From Ruditapes philippinarum (taxonomy: Eukaryota): a stretch of 64,000 nt of DNA. Position numbers and translations under genes: made by a program. Positions within the stretch are counted from its first letter, which is position 1, and each line of letters opens with the position of its first letter. Of the stretch, positions 24,401-35,599 are shown in pieces. Below the pieces are notes generated by a model, which was given only the letters and a program-made list of their open reading frames with translations, ran no database searches and was not told the DNA's origin. The stretch spans positions 1-64,000 of the forward strand of contig NW_026857880.1 in NCBI RefSeq assembly GCF_026571515.1, given 5' to 3'.

Positions 24401-27400
24401 GTGTATCATTGTTCTTTGCCTCCCCCCCCCTTCTTTTTTTTTTTTTTTAAAGCCGGCAAACATACATGTACATGGATATGACGCTTTACAGAAGGTGGGT
24501 ATGTAATCACATACGGAGACATTAATATTAAGAACTATCCAACAGTAAGTCTCCTCATGGTAGAGGAACATATTTATTCAATATTCAACATTTGCACAGA
24601 TGATATATTTGGTAAGTGAACATTTTTGAGTATGTTGTTTGACGTCAACGCCAATGACTGAGCGCCGTTTGCACATACTTATCTTTTTGCTCAGATGTGC
24701 ACATGCTTGTCAAAAGTTGTTTGTTATAATTCTTTTTTTTGTAATGAGGATACATTGTGCCTTTTGATAAGGACCATCCGACAATTCCTAAGTTTTATCA
24801 TTCAGAAAGTCTGTCTTGACGTCTTCAAAGCTTACAGTACATATCTTCCGAAGATCGACGCAGCCTTAATCCGTGAAATTTCTCCACCGAACTTCATATA
24901 ATATGTAGATAATCTCAATCCAAAAGTACAAGATTAAGGAAAAGAAAAGGGAAGAGAATGTGAAGTTGAACTCTTAAGGAGAATACAACTCGCTTCTTTT
25001 TCTGAACTATTAAAACTGCTAAGGTCCTGAAATGAAAACAAATATAGGAATTATTATTATTACAAACACGAGTGTACAATTTATTTTCAAAGATGACTCG
25101 TTAGAAATAAAATGATGGGAAGAGACGATGGATCTAAAGATAAACATGTATATAAATGTATTGAATTTGATGATACGCAAAAACAATTAGGCCTAACATT
25201 AAAACCGTACACAGTTACTACAAGAACAACAACAACAATCACTTTTACAAAAGTTTAGATCTTCTGTTAACATGAATTGTTTGAAATAAATTCGTTGAAA
25301 GACAACGCATAATAGGTGTCTCATAAAATTATGAACAAGTCTGCATTCATCAAGTTTAAATAATATACATATGCATATGATATAATATACGCTCATCTCT
25401 ATTATTATGTCATAGGTATAAATATAAACACGTGTGCAATGGTCCGGAATACCGGCCAGGTAACAGATAATATCCTTGCTGAAATCGAAAGTAGATCTAC
25501 AACATACATTTACAAGAAACAATTTCTTTTATTTTGATCATTTTTATGAATTTTATTTGCACCAATTGAAAGAAAAGTCACGGAGAATCGCGGAGGACTG
25601 AAATACACCGTTTTTTTAGTAAAATACCGCCGCTTTCAGCGAATTTCTGTTTCCGCGACACCTCCGAAAATTGCGGAGTTTTATGGAGTTTCTCGGCGAT
25701 TTTCCTCCCAAGTTCCGCGGAGGGAAAAGGAAAAAAGTACATTCCGCGCGAGCTGTACTGTAATGCCAACATGTTCCTGTTGAATTTGCAAGAAATACTT
25801 AATGACACCTTTAAAACAATAAATGGAAAATAAAAATAAAACGAAATTATTCCTACTTTCATATTACAGGGATCATTCTTGTCAGGATTTTATAGTGAGA
25901 GATTTTCTCTCATTTGAGAAATTTTAATGAGAGAAATTAGATTTTCTTGAGAGATTTACTTTTCATGATGGGCGAGGTTAAAATTATGGAATTTTCTAAC
26001 TTTCTAAAATTACTGTACATATAAACATTGATTATCTAATGAGGATATAGATGTACCTCTGTTTATTACAGTGATTTTTGTTTTCACTTTTTTGATTCAC
26101 CCATGCCTTTTCTTTTGTGAATTTTTAAACATAATAAAATTCTAATTGTGAAAAATAAATATAACACTTTCATTCTGAAATATAAAAGAATTATACATGG
26201 ATATCTACTACAACTATTATTTGCAGCCAATGTTCCTAATGGACAACACTGTACTGTACAGAAGTGATTGTTGTGATTTGAAGAATATTTTTTACAACCT
26301 TACATTTTGTTTTCTTTATGATTCTCTTCACACACCTCCCTCCATTAAAAAATGTTCATTGAATATGTGACCTGAACACATAATGACAAATATCTCCATA
26401 TCCACGAATAAAAACAATACCTAAAGTAATTTTTTTATTCATAAACATCATTTTTAGTGTTATAAAACACCTTTGAATAACACTCAGCTTCCTTTTAGTA
26501 TTTTTTTTTAATCACGACATCGCGAAAATATGTGACAAATGAATATTTGTCTATTTTCCGCTGAAACATTCACAATTCTAGCTGTTGCTTATTGCAATTA
26601 TATAAAATTAAATACTTTTGTTCAATAAAAGAATATTTATTATCGGCTATTTCATCAGGAATCGTAAAACAAATTTTTTAATTTGTTCTTTACGGCAAAA
26701 TTTACCGTGGTTGATGTGACATTTAGAAGACAAATTTTACCGATATTTGGTTTCGACATGTCCATTTTTATGTTAGTCTGTGTCTAACAACTTTTATTAA
26801 AATCAATTAAAAGTGTTTTGTGTAAATTCTCGACTTACAGATAGATAAAGGTTACATTAGCCATCATACCGTATTTCTGTACGGTGAATTTGCGGTCTCC
26901 GATCGGCTATTATTTAAGGCTAAATAATTCAAAGTGTTGGACTACTTTTTGGAGTTTTTTACACCGATTTCATTAATAAACAATTTGAAATTAAATTCTT
27001 GATGGGAATCATAAATTTTTCATCATATTTTTGTGTGATTTTAGCATTCTTTAGATTGTGATCAGACATTTTTCGGCTCAAATTGCCGTGCGAGATTTTC
27101 TCTCATTTCACAAATTTCTCTGAGATTTTGGTGATTTTTTTGCGAGAAATCGCCCCCTAGAATGATCCCTGATATTATGAGAAACAAATTTCAGATGAAT
27201 CATGACTCACTGTCATGCACTTTGATCATACCATTCAATCAATAAAATGCCACAATTCGGCATTTTGAAAATGTTGGCCATTAAAAAGGTAAAAGTAACC
27301 AATATTTGCACTAACCGTAAATGATTGATAATCCGGTTTCGTGCACAAATCTAAATCTTCTATGTTTAAATAACCAAACTGTTAAAATTGTCAACAACAA

Positions 27401-27574
27401 CAAGCCTAATAACATTAAAATTGTCAAGCTGTCAGTTTTGTGTTGATTTGAAACTATTTCCTCTTCTTCTGTATCAACTGACGGTGACAGTGGAGTTTCT
27501 GTCACCTCTGCCATTGTGGAATAAATTAAAGAAATTAAAATTTGAAACGTCAAAAATCTCATTTTGTCCTCCAT
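499..27574 (-). CDS. Endosomal/organellar Na+/H+ exchanger (NHE6/7/9-like, SLC9A family), 5' seven coding exons; gene continues beyond the left edge
   Basis: Exons on the minus strand: 27574-27316, 18182-17965, 15563-15486, 14395-14319, 14016-13922, 12647-12542, 740-499. All are GT-AG and phases join in frame. Translation: signal peptide, [21 protein letters not shown]|[63 protein letters not shown]|[41 protein letters not shown]. These are signature motifs of the NHE6/7/9 clade. Confidence 0.95.
3050..3330. repeat. Degenerate (GAT/AAT)n low-complexity tract, continuing at 4665-4990 on the far side of the HINE insertion
   Basis: gatgatgat/aataataat runs; similar tracts at 52270-52640 and 63330-63380. 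Confidence 0.7.
3341..4663. mobile_element. Helentron-associated (HINE/Pearl-like) non-autonomous element with internal ~147-bp tandem repeats
   Basis: Starts aactagaactatcac..atacccccac. About 7-8 repeats containing aagggcaataactct...gtgcactgcacttcc, a (GACC)-type microsatellite at 4574-4616, and a terminal hairpin atacccccccaaacttcgtttttgggggtat before an A-run. Confidence 0.8.
5872..6732. mobile_element. Tc1/mariner-pogo-type MITE
   Basis: ta|cagtcgactctcgttatctcga ... tcgagataacgatagttgactg|ta; internal tcgagata subterminal repeats. Confidence 0.85.
7743..8592. mobile_element. Tc1/mariner-pogo-type MITE
   Basis: ta|cagtccgaccccggttattc ... gaataaacggggttggactg|ta; internal tattcgaa repeats. 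Confidence 0.85.
9283..9556. mobile_element. Degenerate single-unit copy of the 14530-15290 HINE-like family
   Basis: Same head (aacaagagctgtc..gacag..ttgactattctcagtgcttgatag) and tail (gccgatgcc..atagctct..gctaaaaa). Confidence 0.65.
9590..12561. repeat. 43-bp tandem satellite (~55 copies) derived from the NHE exon-6/intron-6 junction
   Basis: Unit aaaggtagaatatttccttaccctgatagtacaatagctacat is repeated over 9590-12015 and interrupted by an insertion at 12016-12509. The final copy overlaps the exon end at 12542. Confidence 0.97.
12016..12509. mobile_element. Non-autonomous TIR element with a 5-bp TSD inserted into the 43-bp satellite
   Basis: Ends are cagggtttgtacag ... ctgtacaaccctg. AATAG is duplicated at 12011-12015 and 12510-12514; the uninterrupted unit has it once. 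Confidence 0.85.
13340..13880. repeat. Degenerate 19-20-bp minisatellite (ctggttgctatggaagtca)
   Basis: Visible periodicity, e.g. 13733-13815; a similar decayed tract lies at ~59985-60170. Confidence 0.75.
14530..15290. mobile_element. HINE-like element with four 164-bp tandem repeats
   Basis: Head aacaagagctgtc..gctcgactattc; repeats start at 14591, 14755, 14919 and 15083; (GACGCC)-like microsatellite; tail gaatagtcgagctaaaaa is inverted to the head motif. Confidence 0.82.
16192..16562. mobile_element. TTAA-site MITE (Kolobok-like), copy 1
   Basis: ttaa|agatcctgta ... tacaggatct; alignable over its whole length with 28791-29150. Confidence 0.85.
17058..17818. mobile_element. TA-flanked MITE (Tc1/mariner-like)
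   Basis: ta|ccgtataagtggtattttctg ... cagaaaaaaccacttatacgg|ta; internal ttctgcgg repeats. Confidence 0.85.
18414..18865. mobile_element. Putative MITE with a 14-bp perfect TIR
   Basis: gtctaggatttcat ... atgaaatcctagac; TSD not evident. Confidence 0.55.
19117..21630. mobile_element. Nested TIR element inside 19075-22981
   Basis: gggttagtatctcgaagctat ... atagcttcgagatactaaccc (21-bp inverted match); subterminal taacga repeats at both ends. Confidence 0.78.
21995..22896. mobile_element. Nested TA-flanked MITE inside 19075-22981
   Basis: ta|ctgtaaaacacttatt..tcgcgaga ... tctcccgaaatataagtgtttaacag|ta. Confidence 0.8.
23031..25760. mobile_element. 2.7-kb TA-flanked DNA transposon derivative with 24-bp perfect TIRs
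   Basis: ta|cagtacagctcgcgcggaatgtac ... gtacattccgcgcgagctgtactg|ta; CpG-rich cgcgga subterminal repeats; no intact transposase ORF. Confidence 0.9.
25867..27171. mobile_element. Non-autonomous TIR element (CAGGG termini) with a 6-bp TSD
   Basis: TIR cagggatcattct / agaatgatccctg; ATATTA is duplicated at 25861-25866 and 27172-27177. Confidence 0.85.
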
Positions 27575-27590
27575 CTTGCACGCCCCCTAT

Positions 27591-27599
27591 CCGGAAGTG
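27591..27599 (-). promoter_or_regulatory. ETS/GABP-type site (CCGGAAGTG) just upstream of the NHE start codon; a YY1-like CAAGATGG overlaps the ATG
   Basis: Match to the ETS consensus 17 nt upstream of the ATG at 27574. This is a typical housekeeping-promoter arrangement; motif match only. Confidence 0.45.
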
Positions 27600-28790
27600 T
27601 TTGCCGTAAGAATAACCGCTGTATGATTGTTGCAATCGGTAGGCAATAAGACACTAAATAAAATTTATCCTCCTTTTGTTTTAAGTCAATTTTGTAATAT
27701 TTTCTATACTACGCGTTATCGAAAAGTAAATGGATCTACATGTACCGGATGAAAGAGAGTTGTTTATTTTGAGTGACAATAGTGAAAATAAGCTTCAAAT
27801 GTACGAAAAATTAAGACATTATTATAAAGTTAATTTTTAACTGATAGTTTTTAAGACTTATCTAATTAATGTTAAAACATTCGCATAAATTATTGAATGA
27901 ATATATTTAAACCAAACCGTTATACACGTTAGTATATTTAACATGCAAACTTAGTTTTATTATGATTATTTATATTTATAAGATCTAGGCATTCTAGGGA
28001 TTTACGCATTCTATGGAGCTACATATGTCGAAAAGAAGCGAAATGTAAACAAAGAAGTATTTTGACTTTGATACAGTATACATGCATTCACTTTAATTAT
28101 AGTAATTGATAAAAGGCAACAGATGCAAAAAAATATAAATGGCCAATAACACGCCCGGCAAACTGTCGCTCCACTTCAAATTGTGGTACGGTAAAACGAG
28201 CAACCGGCATTTCCGAGATAGAGCGAAAGGCCGATTTAAACGGCTAATTGTAAGTATTCTTTATGTTTTTGTCTTGTAATTCATTTAAATTGTTTTTTTT
28301 TTCAAAAATAGATCAATGTAGTTCCTTGAAGGATTGACTTAGGCTTCCAATGATCTAAGCTGTTACCAAAAGAAAATTATATTAAGCCCGGGAAAACTTC
28401 ACCCCCGTGCAATAAGTAACTTTTTTTGGTTAAAAAAGAAAAGTTTTTGAAACATAAAATCAAAGCATTTCTTTGGCTTAAAGACACATTATGTCTCACA
28501 AATGAATACAATTTGCCTTCTTTAGAATGGACAAACGTGAATTTTATAACGTTTATATAAATATTTAAAATGCATGTTTAATGCTTAAATTGTTACATGA
28601 ATAAAGTATAGCAATTAGTGTGAAATACTTTATCGTAAAAGTAGAACAATGTAAACAGACTAGTATTTTGACTTCCACTTCTAGTTATAGCCAAAAAGCA
28701 TCAGAAGAAGAAGATGGTTCAAGTAATTGGCCAATGGGTAACTTTTTTGGAAACTACAAACGGATAAGAAAAACAACTTTTGGGACTTAA

Positions 28791-29150
28791 AGATCCTGTA
28801 ACACAAATTTTATGGTTTTATAACACACATATGATGCTCAAATTAAGATTTATCAATTTTGTAAGTTCCAAAAAGCATTATTAATAAAGATATTACCGAA
28901 TTTAACCTTTCATGTAAATAAAGGGAGGTAATAAAAATTTATTTTCTAAAAAGTCTCAGTCAATTATTTCAATAAGAAATGAATGCATATATTTTAATGA
29001 TTACATAATTATAATATGTACAAATATTTGCATTACATATTTTACATATTCTTTGATGTTATAATATTATTTTATAAGCATAATTATATACGTATATATA
29101 TAATTTCACTTAAGTGTGGGATGCAACCTCAATTACAACATACTAGATCT
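28791..29150. mobile_element. TTAA-site MITE (Kolobok-like), copy 2
   Basis: ttaa|agatcctgtaacacaaattttatgg ... tactagatct; homologous to 16192-16562. Confidence 0.85.
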
Positions 29151-30779
29151 TAAAAAATAAAAGTATACCAGGGGAGTCTTAGGCCTTTAATGGACCTTTC
29201 GACTTTACTCAAGATGATGAAATAAACTAAATCCCAGCATTTATTACTTACTATTTTTTACATTTTAAATTTTGTAGCGCACGTATAGATTACCGCACTG
29301 TCTATTCATGACCTTTGCCCAATCGCAACTTTCAAGCTCAAACACAAAAGATACAGTATTTCGGTCTAACCTATGCACCTACAGACTTCTGGAATACATG
29401 TACCTCATATGTCATCCTAAATTTTGACTTGTAAACGGGGAGACAACTTACTGCAGGAATAATTTGTCTATCATTCATTTATTGATTTTGAATGTAGATC
29501 ACGTGATTTTATTAAAACGAAAATGGGTTTTATGTTCTAATCTTCTATCATAGAAAAGGTACATCTAATGGTTTAAGTATTATCTTTTGAACGTCGTGCA
29601 GATATTTAACAATTCTACTACAAAACTGCTGTGTATTTTTTTAAAGTACAAAATTAATATGCAAACATTTATACATTAATAAAATAGTGTGGTATTGTGT
29701 GTCTACTTTCGATTTGAAATGACAATCTACTCGTATGAATGTGTGCTCGCTCATACTCTATACACATTACGGTCATTCATTGGGAGAAACATAATTTAAA
29801 GGTCTTTTTTGTCAGGTACGTGAACACCAACCTACATTTTACATTTGTATGTGACTCATTAGCCAGAAATACTTTGTTAAGGGATTAATAGTCCAACTAA
29901 TTGTACTAAGCGTTGTCACATTTGCTATTTTATGTATGGTCAGTATCTCCCTTCAACGTACAACGACCGGACGTTGAGCGCTAGCTTTTAACTGTCTTAA
30001 ACCATATTCAAACTGATATTTTAAGATTTGTTTACGATTATTTGAAAGAGTATTCATTTCTAAATCTGGCTTTAGCACATGAATGTATTTTGACAAAGGG
30101 TTTAAGAAGCGTTACATATATATGCTTATGCTTAACATTTTAGGGCCCACCCCTCCCCCAGCATCTGTACCCCGAACATAGCAAAGACCAAGACATGTTA
30201 TCAGTCATGTACTTGAAGAGTTAATTTTGATGTTTAAACTTATGATAATTTACCTCCGTACAATTTCCACAGAGTATTATTCCAAGTTTTCAAAAGAATT
30301 GAATTTTGTACCGGAAGTTTGTCACTGTTCAGCGGCAAATGAAAAACTTTTAGTAACGTGAAACAATAATAGAAAGGTAAGGTGAACCATGGAAAGGACT
30401 GTTGTGTCATCAAGTCGCCCCTGCATATTAGAGGCTCATGCTAACTATGTCAGTTTCGACCTAGTAGGTACATGTAGATAGGTTAAGCTGTTTCTTTATC
30501 TAAAATTTTGTTCAACATACTATTTCAGTGCTGTTTTTTTTCTCTCCTTTTTTCACTTCTAGGGAAACGATATCGGCTATGGTGGGGGGTGGGGTGGGGG
30601 GCAAGGAGGAATTGTGATAACATCGATGTCCAGCAATAGGGCAAACATATATATCGTTGGGGAAGGTGAGTGGGGCAGAATTTCGTCCTCACATTTTGAC
30701 CCTAAAAGACATTGCACTTACATCTGAATTGCATGGATTAAAAAAAACATTTTGAATGCTTAACATCTGTCAGACTACC

Positions 30780-31400
30780 CTTTCGCCCTAGTTTGTATTC
30801 ACAATAAAAAACAAGTGGCGAAGAAAATGTACTTTTCCACTTTAAAGCCGATGCAGAAAATCTTGTTCCGATGGACACAGTCGCGTTGAGTGTTCCTTGT
30901 TTTGTGATTCAATTTCCCAAAAAGATAACGAAACATTCATTGTCGGATTGTTCGGAGGCCAAACACCATGTGGCGTTGCTTCAAGTGAAGGAAATGAAAA
31001 GGATTTTGACATCGAGTTACCGAAAAAGCAATACACTGCCGAGAACTCGAAATGCGTATTTGACTCTAAATCTGGTTTATTTGCGGTTAGTGATAAAAAC
31101 GCAGACATTGTGCATATAGTTGACACAAGAAACGACACAAAAACATCCATTCAATGTGAAAGTATCATGCAGCCGAGAGGTTTGGCATTTGGAAAAGATG
31201 AGACTGTATATATATGTAGTGGAGGTACAGACTCAATTGTTATGTTACTGCAGAAGGACGCTTGTTGAAATCTCACAAATTTGAATGTAGCACACCCTTA
31301 CGCTGTGTGCGTTTCAAGAGACCAAACTCGGCTCGCAGTCGCAAATATGGAAATAAACGACAAGCAAGTGCAGTTGTTTGAAGTGCATTATCACATATTC
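30780..31400 (+). pseudogene. NHL-repeat (beta-propeller) fragment resembling the C-terminus of TRIM/B-box-NHL-like proteins
   Basis: ORF 30897-31268 has AVSDKNADIVHIVD and QPRGLAFGKDETVYICSGGTDSIV (NHL-type PxGLA motif). Neighbouring frames are broken and no N-terminal exons are recognisable. Confidence 0.55.
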
Positions 31401-34063
31401 TGACTAGTGTAAAAAAATAGCTTGCTGTATATACTAGTATTGATATGTGTGACATATATTTCTATGACCGAATAGTTACATTGACTATATGTTTTATATG
31501 TTGAAAGGTTTCTTCTTATAATTATATAAATTTATATTCATAACTAAATATGCTTTATAACTGATATTTTTATATCTGAATGAAAAATCTGTTAAAAAAA
31601 TATATCTTTAAGGCAGATTTTCAAGTGTGAGTATATACTACGACAAGTTTTACATGGCATATAATGTTAATTGAAAAAGAATGCTTCATCGTACATGTAT
31701 ATTCGGATATTGGTATCTAAGTAGGAATATCTACCATATAAATATGTCTGAACAAGTCAATTTTCAGCGTAAATATAAATTTATGATAATTAATATACTG
31801 AATTAAAATATTTAAATGAAACTATGTTTGTAAAATAATCATATTTATAGAAAAAATGGTTTATCAGAATGATAATGGTATTTCAGTAAGGATATGTGGC
31901 TATTTAATTAATGTCATTTTCAAGCGTGCAACTGCATTGTATGATATAAGAAGTGATTTAATCTAATTTAATTTAAATGCATATTCATGACTTTTTTTCA
32001 TTATTTATTGAACACACGTGTCTTCCTGCAAATTGTTGCTGCATTTCATATAGAAATTTAAGAGTTTCGATTTTTAACGCTTAACTTTTCTTTTTGCATC
32101 CTGGTGTATTACATTGATTGAACCTTTTTTACGCAGAGAGATTTTTGTTTAAATTGCAAATAATATTTTGTAAAACATCATTATGTCTTGTAAAGATACC
32201 TGGATGAATAAACAGATTTGATCTAATTTTAGTATTATATGTTTGGCGGCAACTCCACTGATCAGTAAGTAATTATTGTAAATTGCATTTACTTTAGGAT
32301 AATTAGCTCCGTTTTGTTGAAGTAAATCAAATACACTTGTAGTTCAACCAACAAAAAAGGTTAAAATTATTGCCGAATTGTAAAAAATAGCCCTCAAGAA
32401 GAACTATGGTACAAATAGTTTCTTATTTGAATTATTTAAATGCCTGCAACGACTACTGTACAAGACACGTTTTGTACTGGTAATATAAGATAATTGGCCA
32501 ACGCATTGATTTTCATGTCCTTACTTATCTGATTTGTTTGCCGGTGCGAGAGTACTGCGTAGTAAAGGCGAATAATATATTTTACTTACTTATCTTTAAG
32601 TTATGTGCCAGACCTTTACATTACGATATCTGAAATTAGCTTTTAAGGTGTAATTTTCCTGCTGAAATTTTCAGTGCCATGAAAGGTCTGTTTAGCCTTC
32701 AGAATATCGTCTCTACGATTGTAATGGCATAAAGATTGGAAATATATTTTTCATTGGTTGATGTCATTTAACACAATTTAACACATGTCATTTAACACCT
32801 TTACTTCATTACCTATATTTTTATGATATCTGTATTATTTTGCCACAAATTGGACCAATGCCATTCTTTAAAACAGTTTGAGGTTATTTAAATATATTCC
32901 TAAGGTTCATAAAAATGTAATACTACTTATAGAAAACCCTGACACCTCTACGGTAATATGCGAATTGTTTTAGTGGTATTGTTCATGTTTAAGACTCGTT
33001 CAGTCTTGGTGGGTGATAATTATACAATGATCTAAAAACGTTCATACATTGGCAGATATTTTTTTTTAATAGTACAATTCAATTCACCTCATTTGAATGT
33101 TTAATTTTACATTTTTCGAACACATAATAACGGAATACGTTTTATATCGTTTTTCACTACAAGGACTCGACACAGTATTGGGATAGTGTAAAAAGTAATA
33201 CTAGAAAAAATATATACTGTATATGTAATATGGTCTATATAATATATACAGTATATTTTTTCTAGAAGAACGTTTTACACTTCTGTATTCAAACACTGCG
33301 CCGAGTTCCTGTGTTTTTCACAATTGATATTTGTCAGGATTATTTGAAAGAAACGTGTTCTGGAAATTGCTTAAAAGCTAAATTTACCCCGACTGTAACT
33401 GCTTCACCAAAAATGCAAATTGTCATTTTGTCTCAATGTACCGCAGTAAAATTGAACTCTAAATGCGCAATGAAAAAGATCTAATCCGTTCTTTGTGCGA
33501 AATTTGGGAACGTTATGAGACGATATGTTGATAGCAGAAAAGAATACTTCTACTCAAAATGTTGCCAAATGTATTCTTAATCGGTTCTTTTAAGTTTACA
33601 TAAATGATCATTATATCATTGAACTCCTTCGTATGTCGTGGCATTGATAAATTTTGAAAAGTACCCTTTATACTGTCAGTTCTTCGTGCAATCTAATTAC
33701 ACCAAAAATATAATCTTTTTTATTTGCAATAATTGAGGAATAACTTAAAGAACTTAATCACGAACTGTAATATTGCATTGAAGTAAATGGAAACACTTTT
33801 GGTATTGACATAAAGTTGATTAATTATCAATAAGAGAACAACGTACTTTACCTCTAAAGATCTCTTTAGATATTTCGAAACTTGGCTTGGAAGATTTCAA
33901 TAAAAAAAATGCAACCGATTATAATGACAAATCTATGTTAGTGGTCAAATGGTTTTCGATTCGGGTGCTTTGTAGTCTGGGCTACGTTGCATTCATCTGT
34001 TCAGCTAAATGTTACAAATCGAGTCTACTTGGAAACATGAAATACAATGAAATTTCACATTGC

Positions 34064-34180
34064 TGCCGGTACAGACCGGAATATGTAGCTCTCGGGTAAC
34101 TGTTTAGCGGAAACTCGACAGAGCCTCGTTACCGCCGTAAACAGTTACCCTTCGAGCTAGATATTCTAGTCTGTACCGGC
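34064..34180. repeat. ~115-bp hairpin of a dispersed element; related degenerate copy at ~40500-40600
   Basis: tgccggtacagaccggaatat..gggtaactgttta / taaacagttaccc..atattctagtctgtaccggca. Confidence 0.75.
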
Positions 34181-34620
34181 AGCCAGTGTAAGATTCTTAT
34201 AGTCTGACATGCAAGAAATAGGGGGTATTAAATGAGTGTAAGTTCAATACTGAATTTATTGAACGAGTTGAATAAATTCATATTATGTCTCTGGCGAGCA
34301 GAATATAATTTCCATTAACGATTTCAATAAATTAAGTAAAGAAACTTACATGAATTTAATATTCTATTTATAAAATATCAAAAATAAAGACCGTTTGAAG
34401 AGATAAAGAAACGTTTTTCATTGTTGCGTATATAGTGTAACGCTAACATTTAACGCGTTATATGTTTATATAACGCAAATGACGTCACGTCAAAATATAT
34501 GCACGACTGTGCAATACCATTTTTACGGAGTCGCAAAAACGGCACGGGTATGTGATTAAGGAAGTGAAATATGTGATTCATAAAAAATAAACAGAAACTC
34601 CTTGATAAAGAGGGGTTTAA

Positions 34621-35243
34621 CCCTTTCTCTCATGAGCATATTGGGAAAAATGGCTGTTTTCATTGAAAAGCCTCCTGTTACAAGTTCAAACTGCTATGAA
34701 ACAATGAAAAAGCTTCCATACTAATCAAACTTGGCACAAATGTTGACTGGACCATTGCCTTTGTAACGACATGCTCAGTCTTAAATTTCCTGTTACCATG
34801 GCAACGAGGGGACATCTGAAAATTGCCAAAAATCACTATTTTGCGTTGATTTTTTCCATCAAAATCGATTTAAAAGTGTTGCAACTTCTCAATGGATTGA
34901 GATAAGGTCAAAGGCTTTTCAGTGTTGATTACATATTACCTTATGATCGCCCTGGGGTCATTTTAAGCCTCTCACAGATCCAAAATTTTCTTGGCGATGA
35001 GGGAGACTACCGCCCCCTTAATCCTCCCAAACAGAAGGGGGCACATACCCTTCTGTCAACCCCCTAATGTACCTTTTTGATAGGAGGCGGGGCCAAATAA
35101 GTCATCGCTTTTTTATCAATATTTCCCCGAAGAAAAAAACAGTATTTAGGGCCTAAATAGGGTAATTTTTCACTGTTTGACGCCTCAAAAAGGCGGATGT
35201 GGGGTCGAAAAGCCGTCAAAACACATCTATATGATGTAAAGGG
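34621..35243. mobile_element. piggyBac-like MITE
   Basis: ttaa|ccctttctctcat ... atgatgtaaaggg|ttaa. Confidence 0.75.
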
Positions 35244-35599
35244 TTAACAAAAATGATGAAAAACCTTGGAATTACCAAAATTCTAGTTTTTCTATATTAA
35301 TATGTGGCCTTTCACCTAATTTTGGTGAAAAATTGTTGTTTTGTAGCATTTTTTTTATAATTAACGCATCGAAACGTTGGAGATTGAAAACTTTGTGTAG
35401 TAGATAATTTTACACTTTTCTACAACATTTTTTTTCTCTCACGAGGAATACATATGTATTTCAGAATTCTAGCACTATAGTTGTCATAAAGTCTTCCATG
35501 CTTTCTTGAAACGAAACGATGATTTCAAGCAATAACATTTGTTTATCCTGTTGGACATAACATGATGAATTATTCAATGAAATTATTTTGAAATTAAAA

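Noticed and set aside
28120-28256. Possible first exon of a gene divergent from NHE (GC-richer stretch ending in GTAAGT)
   Set aside because: There is no convincing ORF or downstream exon, and it lies among repeat-like sequence; it cannot be supported.
30580-30601. G-run tract as a functional G-quadruplex
   Set aside because: It is an isolated G-rich run with no positional link to a supported gene feature.
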